Counted from the stretch's first letter, positions 1 to 12,654 are shown. The stretch: 64,000 nt of DNA from Microthyrium microscopicum (GCA_010405405.1 MU004235.1:1626538-1690537), one strand, 5' to 3'. The notes: generated from the letters alone by a model not told the origin. Translations and numbers: made by a program.

Positions 1-31
1 AGTAATTCTTGACTCGCTGGAATCGACTTAC

Positions 32-58
32 CTTCTCTAGTTGCTCAGCTCGTGACAT
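32..58 (-). CDS. Probable first exon (MSRAEQLEK) of a gene running off the left edge
   Basis: ATG at 58, nine codons, then a consensus GTAAGT donor at 31; product unidentifiable. Confidence 0.4.
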
Positions 59-675
59 TTTTGGGACAGAGAATGAGGTGCTAAGAGGTACGGCTTTGCG
101 TAGTGGCCGTGGGGAATAGCTTGGCTCAATTGAGATTCTTGCTTCTTGTTTGTAGCTGTGCTAATTTGTGGCTACGGCTTAGTGGTGAGTGGTATTCCTG
201 AGGAAGTTTGGTCATATGGATATCCAATGGATTTGACCGAGAGCATACAAAAGTCTTATTTACAATCGACCTACCAGAACAAATGCTCCTCTAGTGGGTT
301 ACAAGGATGTCATAACAAAGCGATTGCAGAATAGGTCTTTGTTGGCTGTATACATATCCATTGTTCTATCGTGATATTCTTTGTCCGTAATTACTTCATC
401 CTTAGATTTCCAGTAGACAATGGCATTGTGCAGCATGGCTGTGCCATCATCGAGGTTTGGTCTGATGGGTGATCAGCTATGTTGCATTAGCCATCGACGA
501 CTCGAGACACTGTAAGAGTCCTTTGGTGAGGTACCTTTAAACGATATTTAGCAGCGAGCATTCATATCCGACACCTTCTTGATTTCTTGATTATTGTACA
601 CGAATAGTGATATCCAATATTTTCATGAACGCTGATGCTCTCGCTATGCAAATACACTACTCTCCCTAATCAGAT

Positions 676-1930
676 TCAGTCGCTTTTCAGGCCCAGGAAG
701 TCAAAGAACATGTAGTAATCCAGACATGCCCAGAACTTCCAGTACATGCTTGCCCTATCCCAATCGAAGCTGCCATCGTCTTTTCGGGGAAGTTCACTGC
801 CTATCATGTCTTGACTTGGTCCACCTAGGAAGAAGCCGATGATCGGCCATGAACCGAATGTTTGTTGCCAGCGGGAGTTGGTTGGGAGGAGAGCCAGTTC
901 GGCGGGCTGGAGAACGGCGCGTGACGCACCACGGAGAAGAACTGCACGAGGACGTTCGGTAGCGGGCGTCGAAGTTGAAGGCGCCTGGAAACTAGTGCTC
1001 TGACCTAGCGGACTTGGATTTGTAGGTTGATTCCCCGGTGTGAGCCCTTGAGCCGTCGCTGAAGAGGAGAATGTCGCGGTCGCAGAGGAATTGCTGGAAT
1101 TACCAGGCTGTATGGTTGAGCTTGTGCTCTGCGAGGGTGAAGCAGTGAGACTTGCTATCCGATCTGCAGTTGCAGGTATCGCTTCGTCCCGATTAGGGCC
1201 TTCGCCTCGATACCGCTCAGCATAAATGATATGGCCGTGGAGTTGATGTGGTGAACGGTAGCACGCACGGTCTGCAGATTCCGTTGAGTTAAACGTAACC
1301 TTGATCCAGTGCTCGCCGCCGTGATATGCATTGACTTTTGGAAGAGCGGCAGGCGGTATGGGTCCGCGCCGGCTTGTTGTGTTGCGGCTGAGGGTCATGT
1401 CGAATTTGGTGTTGGAGGGATACCGTTCGTAGTCTTCGTATATTACACCAGCAGAAACTCGCTCGTAGAACTCGATGGCTGCGAATTGGTAGATTTCTGG
1501 AAAGCCGTATAGAATGACTTCGGTTGGTACTCCTGCGGGTATATCGGTAACATTTTGCGAGGATTGGTCTTGGTTTATTCTAGTACTCGGTGTATTCTTT
1601 TTTGCGCGCGAAAATATGTCGTCGATGGCTTTCCAGTTTTCTACATTGTCTTGGTCTTGTCTTGCGGGAGTTTGTGTTCTCGTTGTTCTTGATGCGCCAC
1701 GGCGGGTTGTAGGACGGCCGAAAGGGCCTCGTTCTTCGGGAGCGCGTCGACTGTTTTTGTCCGCACTAATAGAATTGTTAGTGGTTGACAATGAATATTA
1801 AGTAGGCTACATACTCTGCATATTCGTAGCCCCAGGGAAGCTTTTGATTTGGGTTTGCTGGATCGGTTGCTCGTTCGCTTTCTGGCACGGCGTGGACTTG
1901 CATGCCCCCTCCGCGACGCGGTATATTCAT
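676..1930 (-). CDS. Nucleoporin Nup53/Nup40-like (RRM-like MPPN domain), 2 exons
   Basis: Exons 1930-1815 and 1765-676 join in frame across a 49-nt GT..CTAAC..AG intron (1766-1814). Motifs EVILYGF and GGEHWIKVTFNSTESADRAC resemble the Nup53/35/40 RRM; C-terminal amphipathic segment. Confidence 0.75.
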
Positions 1931-2788
1931 GATGAAGTGATGACGGGAGTTTAGAAGCTGCCGATGGTGAGATGAGAGAAAGCTCAAGTGTTGAAAGTAC
2001 TGGATTTAGATGAGCTGCGTAGAAATTGGTGTTGGGAATTCGCGTGTAGACAGTAGTAGTGCTGACTTTTTGGAGTTGAGTTGGGAAACAATAGAGACGG
2101 GGATAGCTGGACAGTGCCTGGACTTTAGACTTGGGCAACCAGCCTAGCCCGATAGAGCTTAGCGCACCCTGCGGCTGCTCAGCGAATGCATCCAGACGCG
2201 CGGGTAAATTGTCTGACTAGCGCCCTCTGATACAACAACATTGATTGACAATCTCCAACCTCCTTTCCTCTTCCTCCATCTGACTCTTGTCATTGCCTGC
2301 TATTCATCTTTTCCTGCCTTGCCTATCCAAAGCTTTGTCTACTATCATCCAGCCAAAAGAATCCTCCGTCAACGGTCGATACTTCAATCCATCAATATGA
2401 CGATATCCAAAGTTCAAGACACTCGCGTGTCATCAATGACCATCACTCATTTTACACCAAATGTACCAACACTTTTTTCGTATAGCCCCAAAGGAGGGGT
2501 TGTCGTTTTATAAACCCATCGACAACCCTCAGTACGGACCCTACCGAGCTGTAGATCCGTACTGTATTGTTCCATACATTTGATCTTGAAGATCACTAGT
2601 GAAGGAGAAGAGGGTCAGAAGGACCCTGTTGGGCATTATCCCAAATTGAAAAAAAGAGTCTATTCATTTTCCAGTCGTCAAACCAGTAAACCAAGTACCA
2701 ACAATTCATTTTCGCAAAAGCCAATTCAACCTCGTCCTTAATCCAAAATTACAATTCCCAGCAATTCTCAGTACAATATCCAGTCACC

Positions 2789-3880
2789 ATGCCTCACATT
2801 GAGTATCTCGCGTCAGAGCTCTTGATCCAGATCTTCGACCATGTTGGCCAAGTCCAAGATGTCCTCAACCTCGGCGCTACCTGCCACCGTCTCCACGATG
2901 TTCAAACATCCAGTCGTCAACTGTACTTCCTCCAAGATGCCGCTGAACGCCAATATGGGCCTCTCGACGACGCCTTTCAACTGCTCACCCAAAACGACAG
3001 CCAAGAAGCACACATTCAGAGGCCCATCAAAGTGTCTCTCGCCCTCCTCAAACAAGTTGTGCACGTCGGCCGCGTAGCCGAAACCTGGGCAGACACTTAC
3101 CCCTTCAAAAAGTGGAAAGACGACTACACCAACCGCCGTCTCCTCTCTCTCGACGAGCGCTTCAAAGTACGCCGCGCAATATACCGTCTGTGGCTGTACA
3201 CCCGCGCCTTCCACACGCCGTCCCACCCACGCGAATCACGCCTCTATCCATCCGCCATGCGTGCCCGTTCCGCCCTCCTGCATATCTGGCCAACCGACGA
3301 ACTAGCCGAGATCGCCGACGTCCGCGGCGTCATTCGTGATATACTAGCATCCAACGTCTGCCCCTCCAACGGGGCCGTGACTCGTAAATTCGTGAACCGC
3401 CACGGCGACGATGCTGCGCGCCAGCTCGTCTTCAACTTGACGAATATCCATCTCACTTTTCCACCACCTGCACCGCCATGTCCACCAAACACAGGCCACT
3501 TTGCGCAGCCTCCCAAATCCGAGCTGTTCGAGCACTCGCCTACTTTCCGGGCGAGTACGACACGCACCAAGGCGTTGCATCTCGGACGCTATGGCGGACT
3601 CGATGCAGGTAATGAGGGCTGGGGCGACAGTATGGGGCACTACTATGTGGTCGAGGATATGCTCAAGCTGGATCCAGAGCGGATATTGTGGCTGAAAGAA
3701 AGAAAGATGGGTCGGGCACAGGTTGTGGAATATATCAGGGGCTTGGGGGATTGGTTTGAGAACTATGGGGATACTTGGGGCGAGACTTTGGAGTATGTGC
3801 TTGCAGAGAGAGGAGAATTTGTGGAAGATGTGATGGATGAGGGTGGGATTGTTGGGTATACTGGAGAGGATGAGGACTGA
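2789..3880 (+). CDS. F-box domain protein (fungal, single exon)
   Basis: 363-aa ORF with N-terminal F-box-like LASELLIQIFDHV..DVLNLGATCHRLHDV. Confidence 0.75.
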   Translation: MPHIEYLASELLIQIFDHVGQVQDVLNLGATCHRLHDVQTSSRQLYFLQDAAERQYGPLDDAFQLLTQNDSQEAHIQRPIKVSLALLKQVVHVGRVAETWADTYPFKKWKDDYTNRRLLSLDERFKVRRAIYRLWLYTRAFHTPSHPRESRLYPSAMRARSALLHIWPTDELAEIADVRGVIRDILASNVCPSNGAVTRKFVNRHGDDAARQLVFNLTNIHLTFPPPAPPCPPNTGHFAQPPKSELFEHSPTFRASTTRTKALHLGRYGGLDAGNEGWGDSMGHYYVVEDMLKLDPERILWLKERKMGRAQVVEYIRGLGDWFENYGDTWGETLEYVLAERGEFVEDVMDEGGIVGYTGEDED

Positions 3881-4219
3881 GTGGAAATTGCGAGTTACCC
3901 AAGCTGAAGACGAGGATCAAGAGAGCTCGCTGCGTTTTTCGGCTTCTTCGCGTTACACTTCTATATTGACACTGGTTTTTGACATTTCGATTGAATGGAA
4001 TTCATGTTTAGATCGCCTACAAATGAATAGACACTTGGTCTTCTGCACACATACACCTTTTACCATTCGCTTCATTTGATTTGATTGGTTTTTTGGATTA
4101 TATTATGTGTTCATTCTATTAATCATCCATATTCGCCATCACTGCCGTAGCAGCTGGCCATCACACGCCCATATATAACATATCTCATTAGAAATCTTTT
4201 TCCCCCTGTCTCATACATA

Positions 4220-5578
4220 TCATAACAATCCCAAACACGCATCAACCGCGCTCTCGAGCTCCACCACCCTTTGCCGTAATAGTATATTTTCTCTAGCCAC
4301 ATCACCATTCACCGGCGCTCGATTCGTTCCCCACGGCCCAACAGCCTTCCGTTCTTGACTTGTCGGTATGACCGGACTGGACTCCACACTACTATTCAAG
4401 CTATGCAGTGTGCTTTCCTCGTCACTTTCGAAACCAGAATCACTGTCCGAGATCCTCGTCCGCGAATCTCGTTTTCGTTCGCGCCGTAGCTGTGCTAGTT
4501 CTCGCTCTGCTTCTTCTCGTCGCTGTCGTTCTTCCACTAGTTGGCCTCGTAATGCTGATTCGGTATCCGCTAGACGGGCACTCATGTCAGATAGTTGCAT
4601 TCGTAGATGACGGGCTCGGGTTTCTGCTTCGTCGAGTTCATCTGCTTGCGCTGCGTTCTCTGCGGTACTCTCTGTGAGAGCGCGCGTGCGGGATGTATAT
4701 GCTGAAGAAAGGTCTGAGAGCAGGGCGGTTGCGGTTGTGAGGAGGGAAGTAAATGCTGGAGTTGGCTCATCGGGTGGGCCATTTGGGAGTAGGACAGATG
4801 GGATGTCGAGATTTGAGTAGGGATCTAATGGTGACTTGGGGTTGTTGGAGGCTGGTACGAAGGAGGGAGAGGTCGACGTGACGCGTGACTTTAGCCATGC
4901 GAACGTCGAGTTCGTAGTCGTACTCGCAGAGCTCTGTTGCCTTGCACGAGTGCGCGTGGTATAGCTGCGAGACTGGTGATCCATGTCGAAGTCTTCGGGG
5001 GCGGGATATTCGTCTGGTCCTGGGGAGGCGTAGGGACTGAAGAATTCGAGGAAGGATTTTGACCCGCTTCGAGTATGGGTTCGCTGATGCTGGTGTTGGC
5101 GGGCACCAACTGAGACTGAGCTTGCGGTACTTGCAGTCGAGAAAGTTGAAGATATTGCGCTCTGGGGAGTTGATGGGCGTGAATGCGTTCGCGTTGGCGA
5201 AGCAGAGCGCGAGGACACCGTTGAAGCTCTAGTCAGGATAGGTGGAAGTTTGAAAAGTGAGTCTGCGATGCTGAAGTGGTGCGCATGGGCTGGTCGGATA
5301 GGATAAGTGACGGATGAGTCCTCGGGAATGCTGCTAGCTGTGAGGGCGGGCGAAGGGGGTTGGACAGCTTTGAATGTTGGGGATGATGCTGTAGTAGGAT
5401 ACTGGTATGCGGAAGTCTGTTTGTGGGGGAATGCTGGGGGAGTAGGATATTGAGAAGTATATCTGTTGGCGGTGGTCAAAATGTCGGTTTGAGATGATGT
5501 TGTGGTAGGTATAGTGTTGGAGTAGGCTGCTGTACCACCCATGGTTGAGCTTCGGGAAGAGAGCGGGACCGAAGTCAT
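4220..5578 (-). CDS. Hypothetical protein, Ser/Pro/Thr-rich with C-terminal coiled coil
   Basis: 452-aa ORF; heptad-rich DELDEAETRARHLRMQLSDMSARL and terminal ENILLRQRVVELESAVDACLGLL. Confidence 0.8.
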   Translation of the reverse strand: MTSVPLSSRSSTMGGTAAYSNTIPTTTSSQTDILTTANRYTSQYPTPPAFPHKQTSAYQYPTTASSPTFKAVQPPSPALTASSIPEDSSVTYPIRPAHAHHFSIADSLFKLPPILTRASTVSSRSASPTRTHSRPSTPQSAISSTFSTASTASSVSVGARQHQHQRTHTRSGSKSFLEFFSPYASPGPDEYPAPEDFDMDHQSRSYTTRTRARQQSSASTTTNSTFAWLKSRVTSTSPSFVPASNNPKSPLDPYSNLDIPSVLLPNGPPDEPTPAFTSLLTTATALLSDLSSAYTSRTRALTESTAENAAQADELDEAETRARHLRMQLSDMSARLADTESALRGQLVEERQRREEAERELAQLRRERKRDSRTRISDSDSGFESDEESTLHSLNSSVESSPVIPTSQERKAVGPWGTNRAPVNGDVARENILLRQRVVELESAVDACLGLL

Positions 5579-7493
5579 GCTGGCTCGGAAAGTGCTAGGT
5601 AGCTACGGCTAATGCTCGAAACGAAAGGCTATTCTGTTATGTTTGAGATTCCTTAAGGATCTTGGGGTGTTCCTATAATTCAAGCTGGAATGCCCTTGCT
5701 GTTGACTGGGTTGAGTGGGATGTTCAGGGTTGAAACACTGGGCTAACGGGTTCCTGCTGCCAAATTGTCCCAAAGCTCCTTCTAAAGACTACTAATTTTT
5801 GCAGTGTTCAGATTTTGAGATCTGAGGAGTTGATAGGAACAAGGTTGTGATGAGACACAGTCCTGTGATGTTGAGGCAGGGACAGGAAGCAGTCCTACTG
5901 GTTGATGGTACAAACGTCTGAGATGAAGTGCACAGGGATCTTGACTGATGCGAATCTGGAGGTTCAATGTTGTCGGCTGCAAACAGTTAATGGATGTGGT
6001 TGACTAGAGACACGAGATGGAGAAAATGGTGGGACAACGACAATTGAGATCGGAAGATTTGAGATGGGAAGAACATGGGTAACATGTGGTACAACGTGTA
6101 TTATATTGGCTTGTGATTATGGGAAGGCTGAGAAAGGCTGAAAATCAAAGAGGCTGAAATAGCGTGGATGCCCGCAGGTGTGGAGCCAAAAGCGTTGTGA
6201 GCACCGCTAAACTTGAAAGTTGGTGGTTGGGAGAATCCACCACCCAGCCCCAAAATTACCCCTGGAATCAAGCGCACTTTAGTCGTACCATACTCCCAAC
6301 GGAGTACATGTACATCGTTCCAGGTCTTCCACGTATCAAATCACTCGTCATGATATTTATTTATTTAGCAAAATGGTTTAATTCTACTGGTCGTAGGATC
6401 AAGCCATCAAATTCAGGAAACAGATACTGAATAGCAGAATAAGACCTTAGACCTAAGTCGCCCCAGCCACAAGACAACATTCTATCGAGTATTACACCAA
6501 GTCTCATACGCCATTACGGCGGGATCATTTCCGAGCAGAGCATCAAAGATGCTCTGCCAAGCTGCGTATCATCATAGTTAAATATCAAAGTTGTTGACCT
6601 ATGGCTTTAGAGATTGCAGCTTCAACTTGATAATTCGACACGCATGCTGGCAACTGCTTACACTTTCATAGACCAAAATTTGCTCTTCTATTCTCCGCAG
6701 CATGAAATTCACAGCGTATCTTGCATCGTCTCATTACCTGTTCACCTGAGCCTTTCTCATCGGCCAGAGTTATTAAAAAAATCACGGAAATCGCGCCTGC
6801 CAAAATGTATATCTGAGATCCAATAAGGACTAGCGTGGTAGGGATACTGCATATCATTGCCGGGGTTGGCCGTACTCATTCTCAACTTCATCCTTTCTGA
6901 AGCATCAGTTCTCCAAGCTGTGAACTCACAGCTTACGGAACTCGCGACAATATATGGTTACATAGTTTCTGACAAGAGGAAGCAGATCTTTGATCCAATT
7001 TTGCGCAAGCACCTTCTAGATCGCTTCTTTCATCGCCGCAGCTGACAGCCCTACATGCGCAAAGCGAAATAAGGCTGGCGACCAAGGCGACATCCGAGCC
7101 TTGTCGCCTTTCTCCCATTATGTCTGTAAGACATGACGAACAATCTATCCGGACTAAGACTGTTTATTAGATTCTTTCTTCCATCTGATGCTCATCACGG
7201 AATCATGATTGGCAATGTTTGAGTTGATGTTCTGTATGGTTTGCGTTTGAGCAATCGTCCGAGGTGTTTGGTCTATGCTTGGTCTTAATTCAAGCAAGCT
7301 ATTCGACGTTCTTCGCATCTAGACACATTGTGCTTGCGAGTCGAACAACAACAGGCAGGCCTTCATATATAGGCTGAACGTGACGGCTGTCAGAAGACCA
7401 GAACTTGAGGACAGTTTCTTCAGTCTGTCCTCAATCACTGGAGTTTTCCAGCTCGGCTTGGATCGAATTATCAATCTGAGTATAACTCGCACC

Positions 7494-8906
7494 ATGGCCG
7501 GCTTCCAAAAGCTACCACGGGAACTGCTTGACATGATTTTCCCTATGGCTGGTAACTGTTATCATGCGGAGGAACCGCCGCCAGTGGATAATCATAAGCT
7601 GCAATTGGAAGTGGCAAGAAGGACTCCACGGTTCTGCAGCTGTCAAAGCAATCCCAAGCGCTCTTTCAAATCAATGTCTCATGTTTCAAGGTGGTTTTTG
7701 GCGACTACTGACTTCTACTGGTTCTATGACTTCACCTTCACGATACCTTATCGCACCGATGTAGAATTTACCAGCACGGGACCTTGTCGCACCGATTTAA
7801 AAGATTATTGGAGGTTAATAACCAACAGAGTCCAGCCAAATTGCCACATGCTTCGTCTGCACCGAGCCTTGCCTGTTGCAGGAAGACCTTCCCTCGGCCT
7901 CCCGGCGGAAGTAGTGCAAGGCTTCAAGCATGTCAAGTGTCTGATCATTCAAGGACCTCTCGGTTCTGTGACCGATCCGGAGTGCAGGTACAATTGCCAA
8001 CATTGGAAAAGTCATTACTCTATTGCTCAGGCCGAATACGACGATATTTTATCTTTGTTCAAGCATCTTCCCAAAATTCGCCATTTGGATGTTGTCCATA
8101 TGCAAAGCAGCGACGGTGAAGCATTACTGAACGCACTAGGAGATGCTCTTCCAAAGGACCAACTCCAGATCTATACTTTCGGTGCCTACGAGAGTGCGTA
8201 TCATGGCAGGCAAGATTGCTACTCATCAAGAATTCCTTTCTTAAACCAAGCCAAATCGCTTGAAAAGATTAGCATATTAGGGAACTTCCAGCACCGTCTC
8301 ATCAGCTCTGTGACCGACTACGCAAATCTCACCAGTCTTCGACTTTCATGGCAATCTATCACTCATCGACTTGGCCAGTCCGGGCAGGTGCAGTTCATTA
8401 ACTATGAATTCGAACGGTTCTATCTTGGACCCAAACTTCACACTCTCATTCTAGACTTCACCCAACCCCGACTAGAACCTATGGATGCCATCGAACCATC
8501 AGATATCCAGCTAATTCAGAGACTAATTCTTGCAGCGCACACATTACAAGCAACGCTAAAGCATATCAAAATCGTTTACTCTCCTAATGTCAGAGTGCCA
8601 TCATTCATCAGCATCTCGCAGTTGCCCGCAGTTCCCAACTCGACATCTGTACAGGGTCTTCCACCACACATACGTCGCGATTATCCTTGGGCCCGACTCC
8701 GTAACCTGGCAACCGACATGGCGAACCGTGCTCCACAGGTTTCTCTTACGTGGAACACACCTTCGATGTCTGAACACGCGTTCGTGACTATATGCATGGG
8801 CCAATTACTTCAGAGGCATATTTGGTGGAGGTATAACAGGAGAGTAGATTGCTGGGACTATGACTTTTGGAAGTTTTTTCGAACGCATTTAGGACTACCG
8901 ACATGA
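7494..8906 (+). CDS. Array paralog A: F-box-like protein, intronless, ~470 aa
   Basis: ACCATGG start at 7494; FQKLPRELLDMIF, CSC, LxxLxL repeats, LGPKLHTLILDF, YPWARLRNLA..W..P. Confidence 0.7.
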   Translation: MAGFQKLPRELLDMIFPMAGNCYHAEEPPPVDNHKLQLEVARRTPRFCSCQSNPKRSFKSMSHVSRWFLATTDFYWFYDFTFTIPYRTDVEFTSTGPCRTDLKDYWRLITNRVQPNCHMLRLHRALPVAGRPSLGLPAEVVQGFKHVKCLIIQGPLGSVTDPECRYNCQHWKSHYSIAQAEYDDILSLFKHLPKIRHLDVVHMQSSDGEALLNALGDALPKDQLQIYTFGAYESAYHGRQDCYSSRIPFLNQAKSLEKISILGNFQHRLISSVTDYANLTSLRLSWQSITHRLGQSGQVQFINYEFERFYLGPKLHTLILDFTQPRLEPMDAIEPSDIQLIQRLILAAHTLQATLKHIKIVYSPNVRVPSFISISQLPAVPNSTSVQGLPPHIRRDYPWARLRNLATDMANRAPQVSLTWNTPSMSEHAFVTICMGQLLQRHIWWRYNRRVDCWDYDFWKFFRTHLGLPT

Positions 8907-9142
8907 AATTATTCGAGATGATGAAGATGAACAAAGCATCTGCTTTCGGTACTTGATAGACCCGCTCAGATTGACTATGATGAGGGCGGTATCTTACGAG
9001 GAGTTGGTAGTTGGCCGCACGTCGCATTGTAGTGACTTCAATTTTACATGTTCCAGGATGTACAGTACTCAATAAGAAGTCATAGACGATAGCTCGATCA
9101 ATGACTAAGAGTCTTAAGACTTGCGTCTCGCCGGACTACATC

Positions 9143-9651
9143 ATGGCACAAGCCCACCACCATGGTCCTGTTTTCACGGAAATCGTCAAAGGTAAGACTT
9201 TACTGTCCTGAATTCTATCGCAAGTCGACTTTCATGATCGATCCCGAGGATACAAATTATTTATGAGTACTATCGTTAACGGATGCTAGGTTTCCTTGGC
9301 CCAAAGGTTCACACCATCACCCTTGATCTTTCCGGGAAATCAGATGCACACATATTCCAGACTTATCACAACCAGTGGGTACAAGACATGGGCGATATTG
9401 CAGTCAAGGAAGAGAAGTCACTTCGTGAACTGAAGATCATCTTCTCTCCATTGGAAGATCAAGCAATAGGGCTTCACTTCCATCCTACTTTTCAGGTCAA
9501 TGCTGCGCAGAATCTTTGGAATCTGCTGTATCCGTGGGATTTGATGGCTAAGCTTGTTGAGCGCTGGAGAAACCAGATACTTGTTCTATGGACCGAACCT
9601 ACAATACCAAGAGACCGGTTTAACTTGATGAGAGAGTGGACTTCTGACTGA
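9143..9651 (+). pseudogene. Array member B: truncated copy encoding only the C-terminal domain
   Basis: A short exon (9143-9191) could splice across a phase-1 intron 9192-9289 into FLGPKVHTITLDL..LRELKIIFSP..YPWDLMAKL..WTEPTI; no F-box half upstream. Confidence 0.55.
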
Positions 9652-10276
9652 GTTCAAGGAGATTTTGGTGTTGACCGCTACCCTGTGCCGTGGTAAATCG
9701 ACCGGGTGTTGCTTGTGGATGCTGAAGAGACAGACAATGATGATTACGAGTAGTAATTTGAAGGAGGTAGACTGGACGCTGAGGTCGTTCTTGCTTGTTT
9801 GCATCCGCGAATATTGCGTTGTACCTTCCATGTGGCTCATCGGCCAATAAAACCACCTCAGAAAGACTTTCACTGCAAATTTCGAGGTTGATTCGGTTTG
9901 TCACTGCCTAGGTATTTTGCCATGCCGTCAATGAATTCATCACTATATAAGGTTTTACAAAAATTCTAATTCCTCTTCACCGCCCTTATTTCTCCAACTT
10001 TGCATTCACCATTCTAATCATCAATTTCCTTCCGCTTCACCGAAAGGACTACCGTTCAGTTCAGCTTCAAAAAAACCAACAACCTCTTCGCCTCGTCAAT
10101 GGCCACGCTTTGATAACTTCGCTAGAGTCTCAAGTGTCGCCATCTCTCGTTGCCTCTTCCAAAAGATTCGGGCAGCTGTAGATTTCTCATTGCACGGCGC
10201 AAACCATCGCATCTACCGCTTTTCATCCAGAAGACTGCGCGAGCGCTATCACCAGGCTTTCAGTCAAACTTCAAAG

Positions 10277-11930
10277 ATGTCTCAAGAGATGTTACCAAAC
10301 TCGTCCACTCAAGCTGGCCCTTCCAGCGGAGATCAATTCTTCTTTGATCACGATCTCCCAATCCAACAAGCTCTGGAAGCGCTCACCACTCGCGAGGACT
10401 ACGTTGCCCCAAGCATTGCGCGAGCACCTCAACCACAAGAAGCACTAATTCTTCGAATGCTACCAAATGAAATTCTCAGCGACATCTTGGAACTGGCTGT
10501 TGCAAAAGAGCCATGGCGACCATACGTTCCCACTCGTCGACCTCGCTATCCATCGGAGATTTTCATCCATCGACCGCAGCCAAAAGCTTGCGATTGTTCA
10601 CAGCCAACAAACGACTCTCTTTCAACCATTGCTCTGGTCTGTTCTCAATTTTGCAACCTCGCACAACGAATCCTGTTCCATCAATTGACTCTGAAACTGC
10701 CTTTCGAATCGATCCCAACCTCTCGACTAGATTATCCCGCCTTCGTGCATGATAAGCTCAAACCACAATGTCAGACGGTGCGACTTATACTACAAGATCG
10801 CCCCTGGAACTGGGAGCATCCAGAGGTTGGTGTCGATGCTTTAGCGCAATTCGCGAGCAGCATCCTAGCCTCATTGACGAACGTACGCTGCCTTCACATC
10901 GAGAACGAGATCTGTAAACTTTGGGAGGATGGCTCGAGTCGCCTGGTCCAAGATCAACCGGATGTCATATTACTCAAAGCACTGATGCCTGTTCTACGTC
11001 AGTTTTGTCACATTAATCATTTCAGCATCCATTTCAGGAGAAATAGAGAGTGTGATGCTTTCCTAGAGATCATCAACGAATGGATCTCAGCTTGTCGAGT
11101 AACGCACTTTTCGAGCTCAACTGGTGGCTACACTGCCGGTTGGACCACACGCGGAGATTTTTCTGTTCCCATTCTTACCTCTATTCCGCTCGCCTGCGAC
11201 AAAAACTCCATTAGGTTCATGTCCTTGAAGGCCTACTTTCCTATCGATGCTTTTGATGCAAATGATTTTCCTAATCTCGAGCGACTTCTCATTTCATGGG
11301 AGTTTATGCAAACCCAAGAGCGGTCCGATAGCACAAGTTGGCGAACGCCGCCGACCTTAGAGCAGTTGCGCGACGTAGACAGTAAGTTCTCATGGCCACG
11401 AAAGTCTCTAGACTATCAAAACCCAATTCAAGGCGTCCATCAACTGGCAGAATATTGACTAACTTGTTCCAGCTCTCCTCGGCCCAAAACTACAGACTCT
11501 CATACTCGACTTCGATACCCAAGGGCACATGTACAACTGGCAACGCGACAACCACGTCTGGGTAAAGCTCCTCGGAGACACAGCCATCGAACAGAACAAA
11601 CCACTCCGCGACCTCAAAATCCTTTGGTCACCACATCGGAGCGAAGGTCCAGAATTCCACTTCAATCGGGATTTGCAGCTCGAGATTGAAAACTATACTC
11701 TGAAGTCCTGTAACATGCCTTATCCATGGGATATGATTAAAGAGCTCGCGATTTTTTGGGAGCACCATATCACTGTCCGTTGGAACAAGCCCACTATCTC
11801 GAGAAGATCGTTCGAATTTGAGAGAGATTATTTCCTTAAGAATTACAACGAGAGGTCGGGAACGAATGCTTGGATGATATATATCAAGGATGAGACGAAT
11901 GATGGTCCTATTTGGGAAGGACTGGATTAG
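10277..11930 (+). CDS. Array paralog C: F-box-like protein, 2 exons, ~520 aa
   Basis: The 91-nt intron 11382-11472 (GTAAGT..GACTAAC..CAG) joins two listed ORFs in frame; LRMLPNEILSDIL, CDC, LLGPKLQTLILDF, YPWDMIKEL..WNKPTI. Confidence 0.75.
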
Positions 11931-12147
11931 CTGTTCAGGCCGTGATTGCTAGTTTAGTCAAAATTTCATTCCATATTTGGTCTAGATAACTCGTTCTCTC
12001 CTTCCATTTTGGTCTGCACGTGGTATTCGCGTGTTGGTCTAGTCGCTCTTGCCTCCTGATATTTCTTGTGGTATATTTAGGTTTATCTTGCCCACCACGC
12101 ACGAAATGATTTTGCTTCATAATTCTCTCAGCAACATTCCCCAGACC

Positions 12148-12654
12148 ATGTCTCAGTACGCGGAAGCATCTTTCGCCACGTTCTTCGCCAGCTTGTTCAG
12201 ACGACGAGAGTCGACCGATCAGATCGGGGACAACACTGTGAGCACACCCAATGAAACTCCAAACACAGAGCCCATAGTAGAGCCCAAAAAGAAGAGAAAG
12301 GCGCATCGTGGACAGCGAGGCGGAAACAGACGTCGTAAGGCGGTCCAGCAGGTAAATTTTCCCTCGATCAAATCAAGCCATTCATTTATCGCTGATACGT
12401 TTCAGGCCACAAACGAAGTCCAGTCACCGAAAAACAAAGCCCACTCCGGTGAGGAAGGCAAGACCAACCTAGACGAGGAAGACAAAACCAACTCAGAGAA
12501 GGAGGACGAGCAAGTGGAGAAGGAGTTTGAGGAAGTCAGCAAGAAAGTCGCAGAACTTGAACGATCGCTTCACGAGAACAAGCAGCGACTAGAGCGGCTG
12601 GCTGTAAACCGTGTCCATCGTGCAGCTCGCCGGATTGTGCCACAAGATACCTAG
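12148..12654 (+). CDS. Small basic/acidic coiled-coil protein with NLS-like motif
   Basis: ACCATG at 12148; in-frame 54-nt intron 12352-12405; PKKKRKAHRGQRGGNRRRK followed by a Glu-rich helix. Confidence 0.55.
   Translation: MSQYAEASFATFFASLFRRRESTDQIGDNTVSTPNETPNTEPIVEPKKKRKAHRGQRGGNRRRKAVQQVNFPSIKSSHSFIADTFQATNEVQSPKNKAHSGEEGKTNLDEEDKTNSEKEDEQVEKEFEEVSKKVAELERSLHENKQRLERLAVNRVHRAARRIVPQDT

Noticed and set aside
11456..11458. Apparent premature stop splitting ORFs 10190-11458 and 11529-11930
   Set aside because: It lies inside the canonical intron 11382-11472, and splicing restores the frame
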